Numbered from the stretch's first letter, positions 38,759 through 52,941 are shown. The stretch: 64,000 bases of DNA from Lingula anatina (GCA_051362555.1 CM120640.1:2976001-3040000), one strand, 5' to 3'. The notes: a model not told the origin generated them from the sequence alone. Program-made: numbers and translations.

Positions 38759-41700
38759 TTCAGATGTTTAAGGAATGTAAGAGACGGTTTCTTATTTACT
38801 TGAGAGTATGAACACAGCCCATTGAGGAAAAAAACTGATATAGTGTCTTGGTTATGACCTTCGAATTTCAGTCGACTTTTGTCAGATACTGGTATATACC
38901 AAAATTGATATAGAAGCACTCACATTTAGTTTGTATGTTAACACAATAACGAAAGTGAAATGTGTCGGAGAATCAGGGGAAACGTAACTAGCCATGATTG
39001 CTTTATCCATGATTTCCTCATTTTTAAGCGATACAAAGCAATTTATGAAAACGAAATAGGTCAAATGAATATCGGTCCAAGTGGTATAGCTTTTATGGCT
39101 TATTTATATTTGTTTATTCATTGATTTAACCATTTTTGTCATCAGTATTCGATACATTTAAAGTTATTCTTCACAATTGTTAGTAATGTTTGTAAACATG
39201 TACCTCCGATATTTTTGTTTTCACGACTGATAATAACTTTTACTGTTTTTTGAAGTAATATTTTAAAATTTGCGTCTCTTTTAATTTATTTGCAAGGAAT
39301 ATATATTGGAAATAATTGTAACTGTATAGAAAAGCGAAAGAAGTTAAAACAAATGTTTTGTTTCAATTTTGTCACGTTTATTTAATATTCAAGTGCACAG
39401 ATTTAAAGAATCCGGGCAAATTTTCTTGAAATTTACCATTTTACCATGTAAATGAGTTGACATTTCTTGTGTACCCAGCAATCCTTTAATTTGAAATAGT
39501 TTTCTTTTAGTTCGTGTATTATTTGTACCTTATTTTTATCGTAGTCTGTGCCTTATTCTAAATACACTGTTAGTCTTATCAACGCACAACGACTTTATTT
39601 AATGGGTTGAAAGAAGGGAATATTACTCATTTCTTGGCATTATCGCGAATTCCCTAGCGCTAATTGACTCTTCTGTCTTGTTTAAACACAAATGTACTTG
39701 AATTTACATACTTAAGACTTTTTTCACTTTCAAATTGCGTCCTTACATTTTAACAGCGGACATAATTTAATATTTGACTATTGGTGCATTGTTTAAATTT
39801 TGATACTTAAAACGAGTGTAATATCCCATGATTGCAAAATGATACTTTTAAAGAATACAGATTTAAAACGAACATTTTAATTTGTAAGTGTTTTTTTTTA
39901 TTTCGCACTAAATACAGGAATTAAAAATCGCGCTGTTCACTAGAGTACACTCTGAAAAATAATATGCTGCAGTTTTATTTTTAAAGTAAAGATTTCAATC
40001 ATTAAACCTAAAATTTATTCAAAATTAGAAAAACGATAACCATTCCAGTTATGTGCTTTTCACGGCGGAGGATTGGTTTAAATGAAAAATGACAAGTTAT
40101 GTGTATAACAAGCACAGGTACATATAATATCCTCTCCTTGGATAATTATTTCACACCTTTAACACCTTTGGTGTTGGGATTAATATGGGCGATCGTCAGA
40201 CACAAAGGGCATTATGGGTAGATAGACCCACTTCAGATTGCCGTCATGAGTGATTTACATATGGGAATTTTCCTTTTATATTTATTAGAGGAGGGGGTTA
40301 ATTAGCCGGTACCTTCCATAAACACTCGAATGAAAAACAGGATTTAAACTTACGTCAATCCTGAAAAAGAATGCAGTCGAATTGTAAGGACATCTAGTTA
40401 TCTTTCTAAGAAGGAAATCATAATTAAATCTATTTGTTTGAAGATGAATGACACGACTGCACATCACACCTACCGCAATCAACTTCCTGGAGGAATGTGA
40501 TTGTGCCAGTTGCGATTGAATCTCAGTGCAACAAGATTTACAACTTTAACTTGTTTTTCATTTACCTTTTTTTTATTATTCTGATATCCTAGTGTGTGAA
40601 TGTTTGTTGGGCTTATTTGGCAATATCCGAAATTAAAAGTTGTATTCTTTAAGTTTTTGTCAGGCCAAACTGGGGCATTTCAAATCTCACATTGCGTGTA
40701 ATACTGCCCTGTCCATAGCATCACTGAATACTGCAAGGTTTGAGTGTTCATTAGCGCTGCTTTACTCTAGAAAAGCATGGTAACTAATCGGAGGCAGAGA
40801 CTGAATATGTAAAGGGACATACAGTCGGTGCGTTATCAACATAGTGTCCGGAACCACGCAATTTTAGATATAAACGTAATTTAGACTTGAGCTCGAAATG
40901 CGGACACCGTTGGATACTTTAGTTAGGATAACGCTTTAGTATATAGCCTTCCAGATTCGCGGTCGAAATCTTTACGTCTAGACGCTACAGAGGAAATCCA
41001 CACTGACAAAAATGACCAGTTTCAATCGTTTAATGTGAACTCGTTGCCTGCTCAGGTACATTCTGACTCTCTATTCAATATTACACACTTTTAGTACATA
41101 CTCCAGCCAATGGCTTCATGCACTTCTTATCACTGGCTTCTTAATGCGACAGGTACACAAGCCTTACTCAGCCTCTTCAAAATTGACACAATGTATTATG
41201 GAGAATAATAAAAGTTATGACTTGAAATTATAGACATCTTCCATGAATTATTAAATGTCTCCGACAATAGGATAGTGGTGCTCCTGCGAAAGATATGAAA
41301 ATTAATAAATGCATCTTTTTTTTTCGGTCATTGCCAGCACGTTGGGTTGAATTTCTTTCTTTCTTTGTTTTGTTTACTTTTTATTTTATTTTTTTTCTAT
41401 TTTATTTATTTATTTATTTAATTAATTAATTAATTAATTAATTATTTATTTATTTATAATTTTTGTCATCTTGAAGGTGCCGAGAATCAAAGCTGAGCTT
41501 TTCGCCATCCAATTTTGAACTTATATCTGTAACCTTTTTTTAGTAAAGTGCATAAAAAGATATTTTTAATGAAAACAGAAATCTCATCTCGCATTTCTCT
41601 TCACAGACCGCCATAGTTCTCATCATTGTAAAAGCAAAGGTGGAGTGCAGTTGAAATGGTACGCATACCGGTTTTTTTAGACATCGAACATCTGTAAGCT

Positions 41701-43723
41701 TCGGGCATTTTTTTTCCATCACAGAGAAGGTCAAACAGCTGCAGAAGTATACCTCATCAACAGGTGTCTCTTTTGGTATGTTTTAAAAAATTACTGAACG
41801 TGTTGCAAATGTCAGGGATTGCTAAGGTTGAGAGAACCAGATATCTTGCTCTAAATTGGATGTGATGTGACCGCCTGTTCTCAACTACTGCAATGCTCTA
41901 CAAGTTCCGTCGGACGGACACATCTTAAATATCGATCGACAGCGTCTGACCACAATACTACATAAAAACGACTACCGAAAGGTCGGGCAGGGAACACCTT
42001 AACCCATATCCTTTATCAAAAAAATCAAAAGAATCCAAACCAAATTAAGTGGATCAGCATCTTTCCCCGACAGCAAAGTGAAGAGAGGCAAAACTCAGTC
42101 TTATCGCCTATCTGTCAACAGGACTTCAAGATTAAATCATCTGAAAAAAATCAGTGATATGAATTTACTTAGGGTGTAGCAAAAAGAACGTATCGAATCC
42201 TTATCCTGGCGTGGGATGGCCCCTGCTGAAGGGAAGTCTACTCTAGAGTCTTGTTAATTGTAGTGAGGTATTGCTAGTTTTTATTTTGTATTTGCGATAC
42301 TCGAGCTGCGTCACTTTTGCACCTTACACCAATAAACATTTGCATCAACGAGATAGCGTTAACAAGAGATCCAAAGCCTGCTTCCCCGCTGTGCAACCTT
42401 GAAATTGGAAACGCGCTTCTTAAAAAACAAGAAATTAGACAGCACTGCCAGTAGGCATACTCTCAGCTCATAAGTCGGTCGACAGTACTCATTTTATGTC
42501 ATGTTATGGCGCTAATATCCGGTCTATAACTTATTAAAAAGGCATTCTCTATCAGTCAAGATGTTACCAAATCGTTCGAAGGTTCTTTGGCAAATTTTGT
42601 AACACCCAAAAAGGCCCCTGGCAGAATGCACTAAAAGGGTCCCAACCCAGTTAGTGAACCGTTTAGGAGAAAACTTGGAACGAATTTCTGCTGTCTAAAT
42701 TTATCTTAAAATCAAAATAGTAAGACCTTATAACTATGATTTAGAACCACGCTAGCATTTTAAATGCGCAAAGAAACTAACACCCCCAGCACAAATGTTT
42801 AATTTCCATGTGAAGTGAAAGTGCAAGGAATGTAAGTGGGTGTATTAACGGAATGTAGATTTACAAGAAGTGATTATATCTTTGGTCGATACTTTATTGG
42901 TATAGACCATAACTTCAAAATGGGAAATAATGTCCATAACGCAAGGGAATCTCATAATTTGACCCTTTCCACTTCTTTACCCCAATAACGACCGTTTGTT
43001 CTTAAAAAAACAAATACCTACTTAATCACAGAGCGCATGCTTTGGCATGATTCTATAACACTTCAAAGTCATCGTCTTCATTAATATACCCAAGAGAATT
43101 GAGTTTTAGTGTTAGTTTTCCACCTGTGAAAGACGCGATAAACCCCGTTAATGTGGAATTTATAGTACTGCGCAATATAAGCCTTTTTTTTTCAAAACAA
43201 TATTTGTGTTATCTCTATTAAGCAATGATTATGAAAACAGATCCTGAGTGTTTCTGGTCGATAAGTAACTGAATATTGATATCGACCAGACGGCTCACAT
43301 CCTCGCTGGCCTCTCCATTCGTTTTTAATTACTCATGAACCAATTAAATTACTCTCTGCGCACCCAGAGAGGCCCATTAATATTACCCGCCAAAAGTGAC
43401 CACATATTCCTCGAAATTACCCTCTGAGGTGTGGCAGGGATGATCCAAATGACGCGCCGTTAAATCTGCTGAACATAGTGCGCCATTGATTTCTTGGTGT
43501 GCATTGAATTATTCACTACTCAAACAGAACCAAGCTAATGTCACGAAGAAGTTAATTCTTTGTACACACACTGTACAGGTAGAGGCCGGACTATTACGGG
43601 GGACTTCGACTCTTATGTTCTTCTATAAAAAGTCTTTATTGGGAAAATAAGTGAATATGTTATCGATTTTACATCTCAATTTTGGCGTGGGTTGGTTTCA
43701 AACACCGTTTTAGTGAACAGTGG

Positions 43724-44148
43724 CGGTAATTTCAGCAAGCTAATTTTACTGCAGGTGTACAATGTACATGTAGGTTTGAAACTGTATCTTAATTCGAGCA
43801 AATTTTTCTTGGAAACTTCAATTGTCACTGTCAGTAATATAAATTTCTTTAAATGCATGCTTGGATTAAACAAGTTTCTTGAATAACTTCATTAGCTCTC
43901 TGGTATCCGGGATGCCCCTGATTTTGGATGATATTGTTGACCCTCCAACCCGGTAATTTCAGCAAGTTCATTTTACTGCAGGTGTACATGTAGATTTGAA
44001 ACTAGTTCTTAATTCGAGTCAATTTTTCTTGGAAACGTCAGTTTTCACTGTCAGTAATGTAAATGTAACAAGTTTCTTGAATGACTTCATTAACTCTCTG
44101 GTATCCGGGATGCCCCTGATTTTGGATGATATTGTTGACCCTCCAACC
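43724..44148. repeat. tandem duplication of about 200-227 bp, possibly inside a MITE
   Basis: Units start CGGTAATTTCAGCAAG at 43724 and 43951; both end CTCTCTGGTATCCGGGATGCCCCTGATTTTGGATGATATTGTTGACCCTCCAACC. Confidence 0.92.
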
Positions 44149-46804
44149 CCACATCCTGTGGTGGCCCCCTTGGGACGGGTTGAGACAAGTTCAAATGTGT
44201 TCTCATTAGCCACTATTCTGAGTTGTTCATTCTCAATCACGGTTTCTGACGTTATTACGTTGCCTGAAGGTGAATGTTAACGAGAACGAGAAAAATGCTC
44301 TGCAATCAATTGTTGCTGATAAACTCTTGGAGCTATGAAATCTTCAACATTCAGAAAATTACTTGTTTCTCCTTAGTGTTACCAAATCCTTATATTCTCT
44401 CTGACCACAGGATGCGCCAGTAGTCTGTTACAAAAATGTTGAAAAGCAGTGTGGTTTTGTATACTATTTTAATGAGGTCATGATATCAGAGGGTGCCCTA
44501 ACTTTTATTCATCTAGAAATTCGTCATCCACCGCATTTTTACCTCTATATAGGAAGATATTTGGAATGTAAAATCATAAGACAAATTTGTGTAAAGAATG
44601 TCTCCACATATCAATTTACAATGTTCAATGACACCAGTATCGTGAGCACTGGCACGGAGCAATTCTTCTCGGAGTGTAAATGATGTGTGTGTCTCAGTGC
44701 GTTGGTTTTAACAGAGATTTACGTCCATTTGGCTACTGACAATTTTCCGCAGTGTATAGGCCTACACACTTCATTTGTGCCTGCTATTTTAGTTTAAGTA
44801 TTCAAGTAATAATAGTTTTCCGATAAACACACAAAAATCATCTAAAAATGAATAGCCACATTAGTTAACTTCGATTGAATATGCCAAACTGCTTTAAGTA
44901 AACTACCTCTCCTACCCTCTTGTTCGACACAGCACACCTCCCCGTCCGACCCCCGACACAGCCTCATTAATGTACTTATGGAATATATAAAATTCACGGT
45001 GATATCAAAATATAAATAGAACTAATTGTATTAGTAGGCTTGTAGGTTCTAACGTTTCTTGTCAATTCCCTCTTCCTTTCATGCAAATCTATCCCTGCGG
45101 CACATCCCACCCTCCGTCTGATAAATATTGATCCAGCACTAAACTCCAGCAACAATTGGACACTAATGAAAGGCATTTCGAAATCCACGCACAAAATGTC
45201 TCAATCAAAATTTATTTGAAAAGCATATCGAATTTTGCCGATACGTACATCGGACCGCTTTGAGCATAGATAGCCATACCCGTTCTATTTTTCTTCTTTT
45301 TGCTTGATTGATTCACAGCATCTTTGATATAAAATAGATCACATTGCAGTGTCACTTACAATGAATGTAAAACTAAGTCAATATCAACAACAGACAGGAT
45401 TCCTCGTTTGAAATCAACGCACTGAAAATCGATTAAAAACACTACTTAATTTCCAACAATTGTAACACCAAAGCTTTATATGACATAATGCGCTTTAATC
45501 ATACCCAAGCTGGAATCATACACAACATGCAGAGAATCACTTAATTGTGTATTTTTCATTAAGAGCGCCTTTCAGATTGTTTGGTCATAAGGATTTGAAT
45601 GGATTATCACAAATTAATGATACCTGTATAGGTCTACTATCAATTAGCCCAGTCACTTAAAACCTTTTAGGTGTATATAAAGCCGAACAAGCTAAAACAG
45701 TGTTATCTATGTTGCTAAAATTAGACTTCGATTTTTAGTGAAAACATAATTTAAGCTAATCGCTGCAAAGCTAGTCAGCTAGTACACAGTTAACTGTCTA
45801 AGGTAACCATAAATCATATAGCACGTCGTTTTTACTTTGAAATTCTCTACCCGTTCTGTTTAGATAAATCAAAGGTGCGCATCTGCCTGCAACCAATCTC
45901 GTGGTATGTTTAATATTGTACTTATCAAACTGCACCCAAATGCCGACCAACCTCCTTCCTTCGTTTCCATGACGACGTAATTCAAATCGAATTTTCCCTG
46001 AAAACGTCCCTAAAACAACAATGGTGCGGAAATGATCACCGTATGTTGGAAAGTTACAAAAACAATGGTTGGAATTGTTTCAACATGAAACTAATGGACC
46101 TTGAATAGAATTTAAGCCCAGTCTCTATACTACAGGCATACATGAGTATCAGTTTAACCATCGATTACTACACTTCTGTTCTTCAGGCGCTGCCGCAATC
46201 GATACGAAAACAGTTTGCAAAAACAAACTTTACAATGTGACCAATTCGTAATATTTATAGCGTCAAGAAAAATATAGGCTGTATAAAGTATTAACTCGCA
46301 CCCCGCCTTTCATAGCAGTTTTTGTGTCCATCGACCTACCAGTCACTTAGCCGACTATAAGATATATTACAGAGGTTTACAAATACTTCGATCAACTTAT
46401 TGGAAGACTTGGAGAATGACTTCACTGCGGCACACATGCTCTCCGACCACAGAGGCTCTCTTTGCATAGGGCCATAATTGCCAACGCACCTGTTCAATGA
46501 AATAGAAGGCAGTTGTCATCGATATTTCACTTTAATAATCGATACTACCGATAACCTAGCCAAGCGGTTCCTCGTTTATCCGACACCAGTACATTTGCGA
46601 CTCTAACTTAATGAATAATACGTTTTTTCCCGGGCAACCAGCTGATACAGCTTCATTTATCAAATCTAATCCTCACTAATTATACCTTTTTATCGTCTTT
46701 TACAAAGCACTACGTAAACAGGCAACCTCTTATCGTAATAAAAAGTTGTTTTAAATATCCTTCTGGGACCAAAAAGAAAAAATAACTTTCTTTGCATTAG
46801 TATA

Positions 46805-47413
46805 TCACGAATATCCATAGAAAGTAATGATGTTCAAAATCACAATTAGCGTCACTGTCCATGTCGAGGTCAAGTCACATGACCCGCATTTTACGTAGAC
46901 ATTTCCTGTGAAATTGAAAGTATACTCCATGTTGAGCAAGTCACTCTCATTTTTATCGCAACTGGTGACACCAATGTACCATTTGAAAGCTTTAGTCACC
47001 GTGAAACCATGAAGAAATTTACATTCATAAAACGGCCTCCTCAATGGATTACTGTTGTTGTTTTTACACCCTGAGAAAATATCCTCATCAGTCAATTTAT
47101 AAACTTGTTTTGGTGTGTCCTTGAAAAGTGATTCTACCGTTGAACAATTCATGGCGCTGTTCACTAAATACTTCTGTTGCTCGTTGAAAAGTAGAATCTT
47201 TATCGTATATTGATCATTAGGATATATGACGTTGAACGACAAGTGGGAAGTTTCACGGTGTGGTCTATATTGGGCTTCTGCTACAATTCCTGCCCACCTC
47301 TTGTTGGCACTCATGTACCCGTAACAAATCTTTGAATAGCCCTGTACATTAACAACAGCAGATAGAAAAGTTAGAAGTAACGCACAATACCTCTCCATTT
47401 CGATGTAATTCAT
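46805..47413 (-). CDS. secreted or GPI-anchored protein consisting of a TMEM145/GPR180-type N-terminal GOLD-like domain only (197-202 aa)
   Basis: Signal peptide MERYCALLLTFLSAVVNVQG (second Met, 47398). Motif order K...G.MS..K.W, LSFNVIYP, ILLF, C...ES, QVYKLT....SGC, C, WYIGVTSC, L.MEY aligns with the recalled TMEM145 ectodomain. Ends with small residues CGS plus a hydrophobic tail TWTVTLIVILNIITF and a stop. N-glycosylation sequons NCS, NNS, NES, NFT. Confidence 0.85.
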   Translation of the reverse strand: MNYIEMERYCALLLTFLSAVVNVQGYSKICYGYMSANKRWAGIVAEAQYRPHRETSHLSFNVIYPNDQYTIKILLFNEQQKYLVNSAMNCSTVESLFKDTPKQVYKLTDEDIFSGCKNNNSNPLRRPFYECKFLHGFTVTKAFKWYIGVTSCDKNESDLLNMEYTFNFTGNVYVKCGSCDLTSTWTVTLIVILNIITFYGYS

Positions 47414-50400
47414 AACTACACGGCTGATAGTAATCCAGTTATTCTTTTTGAATTTGACACTTTTATCGAAGTAACAACCTGTTTTTCCACGAGCTCAGAT
47501 AGGATCTCTTGGCGTAGAAACTTTCTCACTGTGTCCGATTTAGAAGCGTGGAGTAACCGCTGCGAGAAAGTGTCTTTTCGAAGCAGGTTAATTCCTTTTG
47601 TCACGATATCCGTGCTCGATGTTTGTTTTAACTTAATAGAATTTTTTCCAAAGACTCCGAAGCAAACGAAAACAACGAAATTCACCGTCAACCCTTCAAC
47701 GAGTCCGCTTCCTTAGTCATGTCGTCCAAAATGTAGCGTCTCGCTGAGAAGTCGAACTAGGACGTTGGCTTATAATTCCTGACTATGAAGCGTTCGATAA
47801 GGCTTATCGGTGATAAAATTTGTCAAATATAGGTTGACTAGGCTGTAAATGACTAAACAAGCAAGATTTGCACCACATAGATAACGGTTGCCCCTCTCTC
47901 CCAGTCGATTATCGCTGTTTCGGCTGGTTAACGTTCAAATCTTCTCAGGTGCAAATACCTGGCCCCGGCACTGCTCGCCTAATCGAAAAAACTAATCGAT
48001 GAATCTTCGCTGACGTGTTTGGCTTGACTTTTGTCCTGCAAAATTCAATGATGGCAGGTAAAACTCTTACATGCAGGCTCGTCATCCCGGAATCGATTCC
48101 GAGGAGGCACACATCGTTATGAAATTAAGCAATAGAACCTCCTGTTTGCCCGGTTACATGGTGTGACAACTGAGGGAAAGTTTTCGGTTCAGTTTCATAG
48201 CCCACCCTTGTACCGACGGGTGTATACACACCCAATAGGAGAGGCTGCAGTAATCACTTAGGGTAGAGACACGCTTCACAAGTAGCTCTGGAAGTACCTT
48301 TAAAACTAACGCTTAACTTGGTGCGCATAAGAAAAAACTTCTACGCGAAAAGTTAATAAACTCCCCAGTTCGACGGCTTTGAGAGTTAAAGGTGGATTTG
48401 CGTCGCTTGAGCGATGTTTGAATATAATAAACGGGAGATGCATGTTGAGATGCAGAAAAAACTTGACCTTTACAGAGTTCTTCAATTTTCTGTGTAGTTT
48501 TCTTAGCATAAAAACAAACCTCCCTCCCAGTTGGCTTCTGTTTTAGCAAGCTTCGTTGCAGGTACTGAACGTTGCGTTCCACACACACACACACAGACGC
48601 ACAAATCAAAATAACAGATCTTTTCTCTCTTTTCGGGGTGCTGGACGGTGTTGTAAAGTGGGTTAACGTTGAAAGAGAGTGCATTTGAAGAACGTGTCTC
48701 TCAAAACAAAAAAGCTCTTATTTCTCCCTGCTTAACAGGTGACTAGTTCAAAATTAAGGAATTTTAATACTTCCCATGTCAGCCAATCTACCTGGTATGC
48801 AATTTCTTTAAATATCAACCCGATCATTAAATGGAGCCAGTGAAAAAGTCGGATTGATAATTGGAGAAATTGCGTGCCAGAATCAACGCCCAAGGCGCTG
48901 AACTGACTGTCTGCCTCGCCATTCAGATTTGATGTATATAAAGCTGGATTTGAGTAAACTTCAGTTTCGAGGATACTAAACTGATCTACGGTGTGATCTA
49001 TGACGTTCATCAACGTCTGGAAGATGGCCATTAAAACCACAGGTGTATGCGTTGAGCAGGACGAGTTATTCCAAGTAATTAATTTCGGCGCGGTAATGAT
49101 GCTCGCTGGCCCGGTGCAGCGTGCGTGCAGGCCGCATTTGATGGCGAAAAATCGTTGCGTTTACGTAATACACAACTGCAGCGTCTAAATTATGAATTGG
49201 TAGCTAGGTACTGCCTCATTTTGGCAGCCTTTCTCCATGATGGTTCTTGTTTTAATGATATTTTCGTTATCATTAACAGGTACTTGCAAAGGGTTTCTGT
49301 GTTGTTTACACACTGCCATTTTAAAACTAGCGCTGAGAGTAAACCTTGTATAAAAAGAGACAGATCAACAAATTATTGTTTTAATCATTCTTCCTGTAAG
49401 ATGCACCTTTACTTAAAATATATTGCTTGTCTATATAATAGCAATCTATTCCCAACATGAAATGAGTGGAGAGAGAGGCTGGATGCAATTCTATGTTCTC
49501 TTCCAATAGTTGGCTTATTTGTTCATTTAAATTATACCGTATTCGTAACCAATACCAGATTTAAAATGTGTAGAACATGTGTGATGAGTGTTTGATAAGA
49601 ACCACGGAAACCTTGTAGAATGGAAACTTGCAGGCATATTCTGATATCGTGTAACTTTCAGTAAGCTGGTTCTTCCGTGTAGGTCTTCTCTCCCTTATGG
49701 GCCGCGGGATGCAAAGGTCACGAGGTGAAAACTGATATATATGTCATCTGCACGATAAAAAATGGCGCAGTAAAATACCCCATTACTGCTATCAGATACA
49801 TCATCCACGATAGTTAATATAAACATGATTAACTTCTTGACAGGTTAATTTAAGCGTGGTTTGGGACCATATGGCAGGGAACTGGTTTGGAAAACTATGT
49901 TTACTATTTTCACTGTAATCAAAGATGAAGCAGGAAACTCTGGACGGTTTAATAACACGTGCACCACCAAATAGTCCTTCAGCACTCGCTACCTGAGTGT
50001 TAAGTGATCAACTTCACATTACAATAGTAATTGTTATTAAGGGCCTCTTTACGTCATCTTTAATATATCATCATCGTGATAAATTAATCGCATTTTCCCA
50101 CCTGATAAGCACTTAAAGCAGTGGAATTTATACGTGTGTAATATTTCGTGCTAGAAACAAATATTTTACTTCAATATCAAAGCATAATGTTGCAAATAGG
50201 AAAACTCTCCCATCTGAAAGTTGATATTCAGAAATAATGCATTTACTCCAACACGCGCCTTTTGTAGTAGTCAGCTAAGCACGTGTGAGAGGTTAGGAAA
50301 CATTACGCTTCCGTTCATCCGGGACACGATTATGCTAAGTTACTCCTGCGGTCCTTTTCTTTCATTGTCGCCATCTAAATCCGCCAAAGTTACTGTATTC

Positions 50401-52941
50401 AATAACACTGGGCACAACGGGAGAAATGGAATAACAACAAAATTCATAACTGAGGATAAAACAATAAACGGGAATACAAAATCGATACGGAAAAGAACAA
50501 ATATAAAAACGACACACGATATTATTGGATTCTCACACTTTTCCGAAGAAGTCCAATACCTTTGTTTTGATTACAAATTTTCAGCAGGTGTATGATTGTT
50601 GACCCTAGTTTTCATAGCTGCTTGGGTATTAAATAATTCATTTGTTTACCACATGGCTGTATTGCAGAACAAGGTGTGAGAAGACGGCCTTCGATATCAA
50701 ATACTATTGAAGAGGGTTTAGATAATAAAGTGCTTACATTTGTAAGAACGCTTCGTTTTAAATAGTTCATTTTTCGTTACGAGAAAATCTAACCTTGAAA
50801 GATATAAATTGTTTTCATTTGATTTCTGAGGGACGGAGTGTACCGGTATCATTTAAGAAAATATCCATTTAACAGGCTCCAAATATGTCCAACTGGTGAA
50901 CCTGTTGGACCCCGTGGACCCCATATAAACTCTCGCCGACTAAAAAGGCCCCCGGCAAGGAGCGTATGGACCCCTCAGTGGGCCCCATGACCCCCACGAC
51001 CCCCCTCTTTAGTGTGTACTGTTTTGGCTACTTGATATTTTCTCAGTCAGTCCAGACAAAAATGAAAAGTTGGAAAATCTCTGTATACTAGTCGCCCGGC
51101 TTAGTTTCTTTTTGTTGTTCTGGTTTTGTTTTCAAAACTGTGTTGTTTAATCATAGGACCGGTCTTTTTATTATTATTATTATTATTTGGAAAAATGTTG
51201 CGAAAAAACTGGGATCGGTCGCGCTTGTTAACCCACTTTGCCATAATGTCTGGCCTAACTGGAATGGTTACTTGATAGCGCATATTTATCTGCACCAATG
51301 TGCTCTGGCCGCACCAAGACTTCATATTCCCCGACGCATCTAAATTCCACGTTGCAGTGCAAATAGAAATAAATGCGAAATAAAAGCAACGTCATTCCCG
51401 GTCTGCCGGAGCTTTTCAGTCACGTGACAATATGGGGGTGAAATAACTATACTGAATAACTGAAATAACTAAACTGGGTATAATACTTTATTTTCCAACT
51501 GTCAATTGTTCGTAAATACAGGGACAATGCAATGGTTTATTGGAAGTTAATTTTTTCAAAAGGACTCAGGAAAGGAGTGGAAAGCCATTTATAAGTTTTC
51601 CCATGAAATTTCCAAATTTGATATATTGAACGGTACATGTAGTAATAATTGAAAACAACATTATTCTTCAAATGAACGCGATCATGTTGCACCTGCATAA
51701 ATCCTCTATAGGAATGCAGCACGTCTTAAAGTCTGTCTGCAATTACATTACACCAAAATCAGGCCCATTTTTTCCTGGCAGTTGAACCTGTCTCAACCTC
51801 ACCCCGCAATCAATAAAACCCTCCTGCACTTGGCAGACTTGCGCATATTAACGTGCACCACATACAAAACAAGTTGCCGCGTTAAAATGTCATAAGGTAA
51901 TCCAAAGTAATTTCATCGGAAAGCCGACACGCTTACACTTTTGCCCTAACAAGATTAACTTCCACAGGTAAAATGTCGAATATCGAACGAGACTGATGAG
52001 ATCTTTAACCGATTGGATTGGCGTTTGTATTGGCACTGGCACTTTTATCGTTCATGTCGCCGTCCATACGTAGAATATGAAAACTAGTTTTGTAAATAAC
52101 ACACTTCCGTGGTAATTGAATAATTTCTTTAATCACAGAAGGTTTTATAGTGCCCTGGATGCACCATGCTCCTGTCTAGAGCAACAGAGGCTGACACCGT
52201 ACAATGCACTGAAAATATCACATCTGATGGCGAGGAAATAGTCTGTAACTGTACACTTACCAAATCTGTTAAAAAAAAAAAAAAACAGACCGATTTAAAC
52301 TGAAATATAAGACAGAAATATAAAGCGACACGTTTAAGGAGTTGAGTTTTTTTAATTCCAGAATAGTCATACACATGTTAGTATGTTGTATAATTTAACG
52401 TTGTTACTGTTGTAGACATTAGGTTAACTATTCCAGCTATTGTTGTATACATAGTACCTAGGTGCGTGTTAAAGCTCGAGCAGCTCACTCCCTCAACCTG
52501 AAACCCAGGTGCTGCGCCTCATTTTCCAATTAATTAAATGTGTAAGCTTAGAAGAAACGCGTTTTCATATCGATCTTCAATATATCCCTTCGCTTTTTTT
52601 CACTTTTTTTCTCTCTGGTCCTACAGAAAATGCTCTGCATGAATATTTATTATTTTTCTCAAATTTGTAAGATGACATACAAATACCTGAAACTCGGACA
52701 TCTTTTTCAGTCCCAGTATGAAGGCTTAAATCGAAGATAAATTTACTGTATATTATTTTAACAAAATTATGAAACAATTTGTTGAAAAAAATGTTAGAAA
52801 GAAAATTCCCCTCGATGTGCCCTATTATGAGTTATTTCTACAGCGGAGCATAATGTTCTTGGCTCATCTGTCACACTGAGCTGTGCATTTCTCCCCGTTT
52901 ATCTGCATGGTTGCATACAATGGGCTGCACAGGCTGCTTGA

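Noticed and set aside
37632-38919. Minus-strand ORFs over the neuropeptide gene
   Set aside because: Antisense shadows of a repetitive coding sequence.
41800-42250. Possible retroelement remnant
   Set aside because: Only a vague resemblance; no translatable RT or endonuclease motif.
43676-44280. Overlapping ORFs on both strands
   Set aside because: Lie within the tandem duplication; no protein-like motifs.
47416-47691. 91-aa open frame immediately upstream of the GOLD-domain ORF
   Set aside because: Non-ATG start, different frame, ends in its own stop and has no recognisable motif; more likely 5'UTR.
48732-49460. ORFs of 102 and 111 aa
   Set aside because: Non-ATG starts, no coherent splice structure or domain; the CpG-rich patch may be regulatory but cannot be supported.
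50905-51010. GGACCCC-rich patch
   Set aside because: Probably a MITE remnant, but termini and TSD could not be defined.
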